Translations under genes and position numbers: made by a program | Assembly (NCBI GenBank): GCA_947174235.1 | Contig: CAMWID010000002.1 | Location: 62,833 to 126,832 of the forward strand | Reading direction: 5' to 3' | DNA: 64,000 nucleotides | Source of the DNA: an uncultured Porphyromonadaceae bacterium | GTDB lineage: Bacteria > Bacteroidota > Bacteroidia > Bacteroidales > Muribaculaceae | Notes under the pieces: generated by a model | The model's input: the letters and a program-made list of their open reading frames with translations, nothing else | What the model was told of the DNA's origin: nothing | Database searches by the model: none | Shown here: one piece after another, positions 18,332-27,372 of the stretch | Layout: the number at the start of each line of letters is the position of its first letter | How positions within the stretch are numbered: the stretch's first letter is position 1

Positions 18332-20872
18332 ATGAAACTTGACAAAATAATATATAGCCTTATCGCTTTCTCCGGGATCTTTTTTGCCGGAGGATGTGTT
18401 GACGAGACCGATATTCCGGGCTCCGGAGACAGTGTGCGCGACGGATATATAAACGTTACCCTGCGCAGCTCCCGTCTCACGCGTGCCACGGAAGACGGGA
18501 TCGATACATTCAATGAGAATCTGATTGAGTCTGCTGTATTGCTGCTTTATCCCGATGACGGCACCGCAGGCTCAGAAGAGACCTATGCACCGACATTGAG
18601 CCAGAAGTTTGACGGACTTGACGCGAAATCGTCAGCGACATTGCATGTTGTGCTGTCGGAATCTGTAAAAAAGCGTCTTTTCGGCAATGACGGCACGAAA
18701 AAGTGCAGGGCGTATGTCTTTGCCAATTTGCCTGAAGATGTGACCGGAGCTATCACTTCATCTACCACGGTCTCAGAAATAAAGCGCATGACCGTGACTT
18801 CTCCTTTTGAGATGTCGTCCGCACCCGCCTCATTTGTAATGGACGGCACAGGAGAAGTAAGTCTTGCATCTGACGGTAAAAGCGCCGATGGCAACGTGGA
18901 GTTGCAGAGGGCGGCGTCAAAGATCACGCTCTCCATAAGGGTGCCGCAGGAGATCGCTGTCGGAGAAGGGGATGATGCCACTGTATGGTATTCCCGGCGG
19001 GACAATATGACGGCGGCTGTCATGAACGGTGTAAAAGTGTCAGCTGTGGTGCCGTCGAATCATGAAAACACTGACAGTGACTATTATTCCATGCCGATAC
19101 AGCAAGGTCAGCAATCAGGACCGAGGAGCCTTGTGTTGAAAGATGGCGCCTCTCAGAATGACGACTCCGGATTTCCATACGTGGTAAATGTGCCTTTTTA
19201 TACATATCCCAACACTTGGGAGGAAAGTGCCGGAGAGACACACCGGACGTTTATCACTCTCATGGTGCCATGGAGGGAAGGGACGGACGGCAGTTTCAGG
19301 ACAAGTTATTATCAGGTGCCTATCAACCGTGAAACATCGATAGCAAGGAACGTGGCGTATAATGTGAATCTTAACGTAGGTGTGTTGGGAAGTTTTGTGC
19401 CCGACGAGCCTTTCGAGTTGACAGATTGCAGCTATACGGCGGTTAACTGGAGTGAGGAACGGATAGATGTGAATATATCCGATTACCGTTATCTTGTGGT
19501 TGACACAGAGTATTATGTCATCAACAATGAGCCGTCGGTCTCTATTCCGGTTTATACTTCGCATCCTTCAAGGGTAAGTAACGTCACTGCCACTTATTAC
19601 CGTTATAACGTCACTTCCCAGGGGAACGAGACTCCGGTAGAAATCACTCAGGCTGTGAACGAGGCGACAGGTGCGTTCACCGGAGGTGCGTCCGGAACGG
19701 GTTGGGGCGCGACACAAATTCCATCAAATAATGGAAAAACCATCTGGCAATGTGAGTTGGGCGCCCGTCAGAATCAAAACAATGTCACGCTTGAATTGAC
19801 TCATGATATGATCCAGTGGGAACCGCATAGCACTGAGACAGGTTGGGGAACCACATACTATCCGGCGATCAGTCAGTCTCAGCTACCGACATCAACAATA
19901 AGCCTATTCACCCCGACAGACAATGCCGAATACTCACGTTATGAATTTGAGATTAAAATCGAGCATACCGATAATCCAAATTATAGCCAGACCATAAAAG
20001 TCGTGCAGTATCCTGCAATGTATATCGAAGCTATTCAGAATAATCCGGTAGAAGGCTCATCCGCGACCGAAGGTAACATGTATGTAAACAGAAATCAGAA
20101 TCGAGGTGACTATTCATGGATAAGAGCTACGGGATTAAATGGAAGCAATGTAAATCCTAATCAGTATATTCTGACAACAACTGTTTTGACATCAAATGAT
20201 TATATTCTTGGCGATCCCAGAAGTAAAGATTATACTAATCTTGGAATATCAGGAGAGACTACTTCTACAAATGAAAGGAATTTGAATTCGAACTGGTTCA
20301 GAACAGATGATATGGATGGTGTATCAAGAATTTTGAAATATTACTATCCGACAGATGATGATTCTGCAATGAAAAATTATTTAGCTCCCAAGTTGCGTAT
20401 AGCGTCCTCTTATGGGGTATCCCAAACAATGTCATATACTGCTGCACAACGTAGATGCGCAGGGTATCAGGAAATGATGGCTCCGGCGGGCAGATGGAGA
20501 ATTCCGACAGTGGCAGAAATAGAATATATGATATATTTGTCTAATGAGGGTTATATCCCGGCATTATTTGGTTCAGGATCTACATATTGGAGTGCGCAAG
20601 GAGGTGTAACCGCAACTTTATCGGCAGATGGAAAGTTGCCGGATCCATCCGGTTTTAGTGGTAATAATTATGTGCGGTGTGTATACGACGAATGGTATTG
20701 GGAGGGAGACACGATCCCGGGAACCGGATCAGGGCTTCCGTATCAGAAGACTTATTCATTTACTTGGGGTGACAGGGAAATTGACTTTTCCACCACGCAG
20801 ACACGCTCCACTGATGGAAAAGGTGGTGCCAAAACCGCTGCAAGCCTTATAGATAGAATCAGAAACAATTAA
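18332..20872 (+). CDS. Large minor or tip pilin with C-terminal C-type-lectin-like module
   Basis: Lipobox AGGC; LTRA; LQRAASKI; IARNVAYNVNL; C-terminal GRWRIPTVAEIEY...YWS...YVRCVYD. Confidence 0.72.
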   Translation: MKLDKIIYSLIAFSGIFFAGGCVDETDIPGSGDSVRDGYINVTLRSSRLTRATEDGIDTFNENLIESAVLLLYPDDGTAGSEETYAPTLSQKFDGLDAKSSATLHVVLSESVKKRLFGNDGTKKCRAYVFANLPEDVTGAITSSTTVSEIKRMTVTSPFEMSSAPASFVMDGTGEVSLASDGKSADGNVELQRAASKITLSIRVPQEIAVGEGDDATVWYSRRDNMTAAVMNGVKVSAVVPSNHENTDSDYYSMPIQQGQQSGPRSLVLKDGASQNDDSGFPYVVNVPFYTYPNTWEESAGETHRTFITLMVPWREGTDGSFRTSYYQVPINRETSIARNVAYNVNLNVGVLGSFVPDEPFELTDCSYTAVNWSEERIDVNISDYRYLVVDTEYYVINNEPSVSIPVYTSHPSRVSNVTATYYRYNVTSQGNETPVEITQAVNEATGAFTGGASGTGWGATQIPSNNGKTIWQCELGARQNQNNVTLELTHDMIQWEPHSTETGWGTTYYPAISQSQLPTSTISLFTPTDNAEYSRYEFEIKIEHTDNPNYSQTIKVVQYPAMYIEAIQNNPVEGSSATEGNMYVNRNQNRGDYSWIRATGLNGSNVNPNQYILTTTVLTSNDYILGDPRSKDYTNLGISGETTSTNERNLNSNWFRTDDMDGVSRILKYYYPTDDDSAMKNYLAPKLRIASSYGVSQTMSYTAAQRRCAGYQEMMAPAGRWRIPTVAEIEYMIYLSNEGYIPALFGSGSTYWSAQGGVTATLSADGKLPDPSGFSGNNYVRCVYDEWYWEGDTIPGTGSGLPYQKTYSFTWGDREIDFSTTQTRSTDGKGGAKTAASLIDRIRNN

Positions 20873-22857
20873 TGGGATATTATATGAACTTGAAATTTAT
20901 CAAAAATATAACGCTGTTTGTCTCTTTGGCGATTTCAGGGGCTTGTTCGCAGAATGATATCCCTGACAGTCCGGCAGGGGGAGCGACGGAAGATGGAAAC
21001 TCCTTTGTGGTAGAGGCTTCGCTTAATGTCTCCGGAATAAGGATGACAGGAACCAGGGCTATGGGACAGACTCCGGATTACGCGTCTCTAAAACTTTATG
21101 CCGTAGAGTTTGAGTGTGCCAATGCCGACAATCCCGCAGAGAATGTGATTTCGAACATCTACGATAGCGGAGATGAGATCACGGAGGAAACCTATAACAA
21201 TGCTGATCTTGTGACCTTCAAAATCCGTTTGAACAAAACGGAATCTCCACGGGTGATCCATCTGATAGCGTTGCCGGCGACTTCAGATCTTGAAATCGGA
21301 TATGGCACCGAGGCTTACGTTATTCCTCAGCTTACTACATCCGGCGGCTCCGACGCATATTGGAAAAGGATTGTTTTCCCTCAGGGCTACGGTATTCAGA
21401 ACGAGGATGTCTGGGAGACGTTGCCGGAAGTGAATGACAAATTTACAAGAGTGCCGATGCTGCGAAATTTCGCGCAGGTGTCTGTGGAGAATAACGCCAC
21501 TTCGTTTGAGCTTACGGGATTCGCGTTGATCAACGTGCCGGATATGGGTTCGGTAGCCCCGTGGAATTATTCGGAGGGAGTGTTCGCCGGATTTCTGGAT
21601 GCGTCAGGGAGTATGAAAACATATCAGGAAATTTCCGGGAAAGATGGAAAGGGATATGCCGGCTTCCTTCCTGCCGGCAGTAGCCTCACAGATCTGAGCC
21701 CGGAGGGGATGACATACGATCTGACTCCCAAATTCCTGTATGAACGCCCTTTCCCTCAGAATAACCTTGACCGTACGTATGTGATAGTGAGGGGAAGATA
21801 TGGTAATGACAGTGCCGACACCTATTATAAGGTCGATCTCGGCAATCTTGACAGCGATAGCGGCATATTCAATTATTACGATTTGTTGCGCAATTTCGAT
21901 TATCATGTCACAATAAATTCGGTGGGGACAAGCGGTTATCCCGATCCGGCGCAGGCGGCTTCCGGAGTGGTCTACAATAATTTCTCATTTGATGTTGACA
22001 CAAGGAGTCTGACCAACATATCCAACGGGAGCGAAATCCTATTTGTCAATTTCACTTCGGCTGTCATCACCCAAGATTCACAGACCGATATAGAATTCAA
22101 GTATCGCTACAGGGATGTCGGCGCTTCCACAGGTTCCAACAACGGAGAAATCTCCTTGATCGGTCTTGAAAACGGAGATGTGATAGAGTCAGTCACGACT
22201 GATACTCAGGATGATGCCGCCGGATGGAGAACGGTCAGGATCAAGACATATGCGCCGTCAAATGAAATGAAGACGCAGGAGTTTGTAATAGTCGATCCCC
22301 GGACAGGACTTGGCAGGACGATCACCCTGATTCTCAGGAATCCATGGCAACTGCTGAATCCGGAGGAATTTGCCGGAAGGTATACCTCGACATATCCAGA
22401 TGCCGAAAATCAGGAGTTGCGCAGAGGGAAAGCCGGCTATTCTCAGGGACGTTATCTCACTGTTTTTTTCAATCTTCCTGACGAATTGCCGGAAGCGATG
22501 TTCCCGTTGACGTTTACGGTTGAGTCGGACAGACAGGACATTGAGAATGACCCTGTGGGTAACCTTCTTGTGACGAGCGGCGAATCAATGTTTGTGGAAG
22601 GAGCCACCAGGATCCAGTATGAAAAGACTGTTACCTGGAGACAATATAATGATGAGAAAACTACGGAAGAACCCAATAATACGATAGTTTTTGAAAACGG
22701 TCGGACTATCCATAGAGTGCGTTGCCGCTTTCTGACAATCACTTCCATTCCTTCCGGAACTCTTACCACCAATGTCAGGATACGGAATCCATATTTCAAC
22801 GACATTACGGTATCGTTTGAACGGGTGTATGATATAAATTTCCCGGAAGTAGAATAA
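20872..22857 (+). CDS. Minor type V pilin lipoprotein (DUF4906-like)
   Basis: Lipobox SGAC; GTRA; VPMLRNFAQV; LLRNFDYHVTINSV; TAATG overlap with the preceding stop. Confidence 0.72.
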   Translation: MGYYMNLKFIKNITLFVSLAISGACSQNDIPDSPAGGATEDGNSFVVEASLNVSGIRMTGTRAMGQTPDYASLKLYAVEFECANADNPAENVISNIYDSGDEITEETYNNADLVTFKIRLNKTESPRVIHLIALPATSDLEIGYGTEAYVIPQLTTSGGSDAYWKRIVFPQGYGIQNEDVWETLPEVNDKFTRVPMLRNFAQVSVENNATSFELTGFALINVPDMGSVAPWNYSEGVFAGFLDASGSMKTYQEISGKDGKGYAGFLPAGSSLTDLSPEGMTYDLTPKFLYERPFPQNNLDRTYVIVRGRYGNDSADTYYKVDLGNLDSDSGIFNYYDLLRNFDYHVTINSVGTSGYPDPAQAASGVVYNNFSFDVDTRSLTNISNGSEILFVNFTSAVITQDSQTDIEFKYRYRDVGASTGSNNGEISLIGLENGDVIESVTTDTQDDAAGWRTVRIKTYAPSNEMKTQEFVIVDPRTGLGRTITLILRNPWQLLNPEEFAGRYTSTYPDAENQELRRGKAGYSQGRYLTVFFNLPDELPEAMFPLTFTVESDRQDIENDPVGNLLVTSGESMFVEGATRIQYEKTVTWRQYNDEKTTEEPNNTIVFENGRTIHRVRCRFLTITSIPSGTLTTNVRIRNPYFNDITVSFERVYDINFPEVE

Positions 22858-22881
22858 TTATTAAAATAACAGCAACAGCAT

Positions 22882-23469
22882 ATGAATAAATTGACAAAGA
22901 TATTGGCTGCGTCCGCGCTTTCCGGGATATGGGCAATTCCGGCGCAGGCGCAGGAGCTGGGGATAAAAACCAATCTGCTGTACGACGCGACGGCGTCGCC
23001 GAGTCTCGGTTTTGAGGTCGGTGTCGCATCGAAATGGACAATCGATGTGAGCGGAAGTCTTAACGGTTGGGATGTAGGCGGTCATAAGTGGAAACACTGG
23101 GAAGTGCAGCCTGAGGCGAGATACTGGTTCTGCGAACGCTTCCAAGGTAATTTCCTGGCAGTCCATGCCATAGGAGGGCAGTTCAATATCGGAAATATCG
23201 GAGGGCTCAAAGATTTTCTCGGCACGGAATTTTCCCGATTGAAAGACCATCGCGTTCAGGGCTGGGGTGTAGGAGCGGGAATCGCTTACGGGCATACATG
23301 GGCGCTCGCAAAACATTGGAATATCGAGGCGGAGATAGGTTTCGGATGGATATATACCCGTTTTGACGAATATCCCTGTTCCGTATGCGGCAACAAGGAG
23401 AAAGAGAATGCCGTCCATAATTATGTGGGACCGACCAAGGCGGCTCTAAATCTGGTTTACATCTTTTAA
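22882..23469 (+). CDS. DUF3575-like outer-membrane beta-barrel protein
   Basis: Signal peptide; GIKTNLLYDATASPSLGFE, QPEARYWFCE, YVGPTKAALNLVYIF ending in Phe. Confidence 0.85.
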   Translation: MNKLTKILAASALSGIWAIPAQAQELGIKTNLLYDATASPSLGFEVGVASKWTIDVSGSLNGWDVGGHKWKHWEVQPEARYWFCERFQGNFLAVHAIGGQFNIGNIGGLKDFLGTEFSRLKDHRVQGWGVGAGIAYGHTWALAKHWNIEAEIGFGWIYTRFDEYPCSVCGNKEKENAVHNYVGPTKAALNLVYIF

Positions 23470-23481
23470 GATTCCCTTAAA

Positions 23482-24942
23482 ATGAACAGTATGACAAAAT
23501 ACATATTAGCTGTCGGGATGCTTTCTGCAGCAGTGCCGGCGTCAGCATCGTCACCGCGATACAATCCGGCGGATATAAAGATAGAAGGTCTTGAGGTGAT
23601 TAAGGATGGAAGCCGTGTGCTTGTGAATTGCGACATAGATGCTTCCGCATTGAAACTCAAGTCGAACCAGGATGTGACAATCACGCCTCTGTTGACTTCC
23701 AGGTCAGACTCCCTGTTTTTGTCTCCCCTGACCATAGCAGGGCGCAACAGGTATATTTTCCATGAACGCCGTAACGATCTGTCGCCGGATTCCCGGGGGA
23801 TGTATCACAACGGCAAGGACGCATCATCAATAAGATATGCGGCATCCGCCGCATACGACGGATGGATGAATGACTCCGGTCTCTCCTTTATCCTTGACTG
23901 GGCGGGATGCTGCAACGCTCCCGAGATGTCTGAGCGTATGGATTATGCCGGTCTTGATATGGGGGAAACATCGGTCAATGATCTTCTGGTTTTTGTAGAG
24001 CCGGAGGGTAGCGGGGCAAAAACACGTCATGTGGACGGCAGGGCGTTCATAGACTTTCCTGTCAACAAGACTGTCATCAATGCCGACTATCGCAACAATG
24101 CTGTGGAACTTGCGAAAATAGTACGGACGATCGATAATGTCAGAAGTGACGAAGATGTCACCATAACGTCAATTACGATAAAAGGTTTCGCATCTCCTGA
24201 AGGTCCGTATGCCAATAATGAGCGACTCGCCAAAGGGCGTACCGAAGCGTTGACGGAATATGTGCATGATCTCTATAAGTTTCCTGAAACGGTCAGGTTT
24301 TCATCAGAATGGGAAGCTGAAGACTGGGATGGTCTCCGTTCTTATCTTGAGAAATCGGAAGTGCATGGAAAATCAGGAATTATCGACATTATCGACAGCG
24401 ATCTTCTTCCGGATGAAAAAGAGGCTAAGATCCGTTCCACTTATCCTGAGGAATACTCCCGTCTGTTGACGAATGTTTTTCCGGGTCTGCGGCATTCTGA
24501 TTATGTAATAGAATATACTGTAAAAGAGTATACCGACGCTGAAGAAATCATAGATGTCATGAGGAAGGATCCCTCAAAACTAAGTCTGTCGGAGTTCTAT
24601 TTCGCGGCGCAGTCGGCAGAACCGGGAAGTGAGCTTTTCAACGAGATATTCGAGACAGCCGCCCGGCTGCATCCTACAGACGAGATGGCTAATCTCAATG
24701 CCGCCAACGCGTCATTGTCAAGGGGAGATGCAGTCGCAGCATCGAAATATCTTGAAAAAGCGGGCTCTTCAGATGAAGCCATATATGCGGGTGCGATTGT
24801 GTCGGTGATGAACGATGACTTTGAATCGGCTCGGGCATCGCTTGAAAAAATCCATAGTTATCCGGCTGCAAAAGAATTGCTGGATAGACTCGAGGATCTT
24901 AAAAGAGCGCGGCAGGGATACGTAAAAGTAATCAGGCGATGA
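23482..24942 (+). CDS. DUF3868-like protein with OmpA-like (peptidoglycan-binding) domain and TPR-like tail
   Basis: AFIDFPVNKT, ITIKGFASPEGPYANNERLAKGRTEAL (OmpA-like), ANLNAANA helical tail. Confidence 0.82.
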   Translation: MNSMTKYILAVGMLSAAVPASASSPRYNPADIKIEGLEVIKDGSRVLVNCDIDASALKLKSNQDVTITPLLTSRSDSLFLSPLTIAGRNRYIFHERRNDLSPDSRGMYHNGKDASSIRYAASAAYDGWMNDSGLSFILDWAGCCNAPEMSERMDYAGLDMGETSVNDLLVFVEPEGSGAKTRHVDGRAFIDFPVNKTVINADYRNNAVELAKIVRTIDNVRSDEDVTITSITIKGFASPEGPYANNERLAKGRTEALTEYVHDLYKFPETVRFSSEWEAEDWDGLRSYLEKSEVHGKSGIIDIIDSDLLPDEKEAKIRSTYPEEYSRLLTNVFPGLRHSDYVIEYTVKEYTDAEEIIDVMRKDPSKLSLSEFYFAAQSAEPGSELFNEIFETAARLHPTDEMANLNAANASLSRGDAVAASKYLEKAGSSDEAIYAGAIVSVMNDDFESARASLEKIHSYPAAKELLDRLEDLKRARQGYVKVIRR

Positions 24943-25037
24943 AACTTGCGCTATATCAACGGTCTGTAGGCACATGGTTGACAATACGCATGGAATATCA
25001 GTAACTCCACTGTAGCGATATGAATGAAATATACGTT

Positions 25038-25079
25038 AAGATCAATCAAATCATATAAAAGATCAATCAAATCATATAA
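25038..25079. repeat. Perfect 21-bp tandem duplication (AAGATCAATCAAATCATATAA x2)
   Basis: Read directly: 25038-25058 and 25059-25079. Confidence 0.9.
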
Positions 25080-25099
25080 AACAAGCAGTATTATTTATT

Positions 25100-25133
25100 A
25101 AAAAGGAGATTGTTGTGAAACAATCTCCTTTTT
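25100..25133. terminator. Bidirectional Rho-independent terminator between the pilus operon and fructokinase
   Basis: aaaaaggagattgtt-gtga-aacaatctccttttt, perfect 15-bp stem between convergent genes. Confidence 0.85.
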
Positions 25134-25154
25134 CGATTTGGTTCTGGATTTGTG

Positions 25155-26036
25155 TCAGTGGGTTAGGGAAGCCGGAAGTTCGGGCATGGCTCCAGCCTGT
25201 GTGCAGACGAATGCTGATGTCTCTACGGCACGGTTGTGTGCTTTCTTGACACTTTTCCCTTTGAGGATGCTGGAAATGAAAGCGGCAGTGAATGAATCCC
25301 CCGCCCCTACGGTGTCTTCCACCTTTACCACCGGGGTAGGCTGGAACGATACGTTGCCCGGTGTGAATACGTAGCTGCCGTTGACCCCGCATGTGAGAAT
25401 CAGCATCTTGAGATTGTACTTGCCGAGAAGGATCCAGCATTTGTCCTGAAGATCGATTCCGGGATAGCCGAAAAGGCGGCTGATAGTGACGAGTTCCTCG
25501 TCATTTATCTTGAGGATATTGCATCTTTCCATCGACTCGCAGATAGTTTCTTTTGTGAAGAACCCCTGACGGAGATTGATGTCAAAAATTATGAGCGGAT
25601 CGTTTTCTTCGGGAATTGCGTCGATAAACCGTGTGATTGTTTCGCGCGACACGATATTTCTCTGAGCGAGAGATCCGAAGCACACGGCTTTTGTCTCCTT
25701 GGCGAGATTTTCAAGAGCCGGAGTGAAAGGGATGTTGTCCCACGCCACATTCTCTTTGATATCATATTGGGGGATGCCTGCCTGATCGATCTCCACCTGA
25801 ACCGTGCCGGTAGGGTAGGGCACGGTGTCGATGAGCATGTTGAGTCCTTTGGAATTGAAATTGTCAAGGATTTCCTTTCCGAGAGCGTCGTCGCCTACCG
25901 CGCTCACCACGCAACTGCGTAGACCGAACTGAGAGACATGGTATGCGAAATTAGCTGGTGCGCCACCTATTTTCTTACCATCCGGAAGAACGTCCCAAAG
26001 GGCTTCTCCCATTCCTACTATATATTTGTCTGACAT
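25155..26036 (-). CDS. PfkB-family carbohydrate kinase (fructokinase, BT1757-like)
   Basis: GEALWDVLP, GGAPANFAYH, DTVGAGDSF PfkB signature; fructan PUL context. Confidence 0.92.
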   Translation of the reverse strand: MSDKYIVGMGEALWDVLPDGKKIGGAPANFAYHVSQFGLRSCVVSAVGDDALGKEILDNFNSKGLNMLIDTVPYPTGTVQVEIDQAGIPQYDIKENVAWDNIPFTPALENLAKETKAVCFGSLAQRNIVSRETITRFIDAIPEENDPLIIFDINLRQGFFTKETICESMERCNILKINDEELVTISRLFGYPGIDLQDKCWILLGKYNLKMLILTCGVNGSYVFTPGNVSFQPTPVVKVEDTVGAGDSFTAAFISSILKGKSVKKAHNRAVETSAFVCTQAGAMPELPASLTH

Positions 26037-26042
26037 ATATGT

Positions 26043-26152
26043 TGAATTTTGAATTTTAAAAAGTGGGTTTTGGGTTTTGATGTGCTCACTTTGTTCGCAC
26101 TACACTCAAGAAAAGCTCATGCATTATGAATTATGCATTATGCATTATGCAT
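26043..26152. repeat. Heptamer tandem repeats in the permease-kinase spacer
   Basis: ttgaatt-ttgaatt at ~26042-26055; catgcat-tatgaat-tatgcat-tatgcat-tatgcat at 26118-26152. Confidence 0.75.
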
Positions 26153-26161
26153 TGATAAAGC

Positions 26162-27349
26162 CTAAACTTTCCTGATTCTTGAGATAAAATATACGAGATA
26201 AACAACCGGAATGCACATGACGGCTACGGCACCGGTCTGATTTCCGATGAAATCGCTTGCATATCCCATTGCGAGAGGGAATACCGTGCCTCCGAAGAGC
26301 CCCATGATCATAAGTCCGGAGACTTCGTTTTTCTCTTTCGGTGATGCGAGAAGCGCCTGAGAAAATATTATGGAGAAAATGTTGGAGTTGCCGAATCCTA
26401 CAAGCGCGATGCCGGTATAGATAATTTCAAGAGACTGAGCCGAGAACAGTATCACTACTGCCGCGAGCATCATCAACGCGCTGATGGCGAAGAAGACGCG
26501 GGGAGAGACGTATCGCAGAATGAACGCGCCGAGGAAGCAGCCTATAGTGCGGAAAATGAAGTATAGACCGGTGGCGAAACTTGCTTCTTCGAGGGGAAGG
26601 GCAAGACGCTCCATGATAATTTTCGGGGCGATAGTGTTGGTGCCCACGTCAATTCCGACATGACACATGATGCCGAGGAAGCACAGCAGGATGAATGGAG
26701 TGCCGAGAAGCTTTACGCATTCCTTTATTCCGGAAGCCTTGTCAGGTCTCTCTTCCTCGATGGGTGTAGCCGCGAGGGCGGAGATCGAAAGGAAGCTGAC
26801 GATAGCATATATAACGAACAGGGCTCTCCATCCAAGTCCGAATGTCGGGAGGTAGGTTGTGGCTGCCCATGCAGCGATCACGGGAGCGAGGAATGAGGCG
26901 ATCGCCTTTACAAACTGACCGAAAGTCAGGGTGGATGCAAGTTTGTCTCCGCTTATGAGATTCGTCACGAGAGGGTTGAGCGAGGTCTGCATGATGGCGT
27001 TGCCGATTCCGAGGAGGGAGAACGATACAAGCATGGTGTAATATCCGTCGCCGGTGATAGGGATGATAAGAGACAATGTAGTCACCACGAGGCTGACGAG
27101 CACGGTCTTCTTACGTCCGATCCTGTTCATCAGGATTCCGGTAGGAACCGAAAAGAGGAGAAACCAGAAGAATACGAGCGAAGGGAAGAGGTTTGCCTGA
27201 GAGTCGGAAAGACCGAGATCTTTCTGGACATAATTGGATGCGGTTCCCACAAGGTCAACGAAGCCCATCGCAAAGAAACAGAGCATCACAGGCACTATCT
27301 GGAGAAGCGTGTTGCGCTTGGATTGCATGATTGTAGCTGACATTTCCAT
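26162..27349 (-). CDS. MFS sugar (fructose) permease, BT1758-like
   Basis: ~12 hydrophobic segments; FFAMGFVDLVG, QTSLNPL, LTFGQFVKAIASF; start uncertain (27349/27343/27328). Confidence 0.9.
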   Translation of the reverse strand: MEMSATIMQSKRNTLLQIVPVMLCFFAMGFVDLVGTASNYVQKDLGLSDSQANLFPSLVFFWFLLFSVPTGILMNRIGRKKTVLVSLVVTTLSLIIPITGDGYYTMLVSFSLLGIGNAIMQTSLNPLVTNLISGDKLASTLTFGQFVKAIASFLAPVIAAWAATTYLPTFGLGWRALFVIYAIVSFLSISALAATPIEEERPDKASGIKECVKLLGTPFILLCFLGIMCHVGIDVGTNTIAPKIIMERLALPLEEASFATGLYFIFRTIGCFLGAFILRYVSPRVFFAISALMMLAAVVILFSAQSLEIIYTGIALVGFGNSNIFSIIFSQALLASPKEKNEVSGLMIMGLFGGTVFPLAMGYASDFIGNQTGAVAVMCIPVVYLVYFISRIRKV

Positions 27350-27372
27350 ATGTAGATTGAGTGTCAAAAATT

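Noticed and set aside
20560-20720. Diversity-generating retroelement acting on the tip pilin
   Set aside because: No reverse transcriptase, accessory gene or adenine-variant template repeat was seen in the window. Kept only as a remote possibility.
25038-26152. CRISPR array
   Set aside because: The repeats are contiguous tandem units with no unique spacers, and there are no cas genes.
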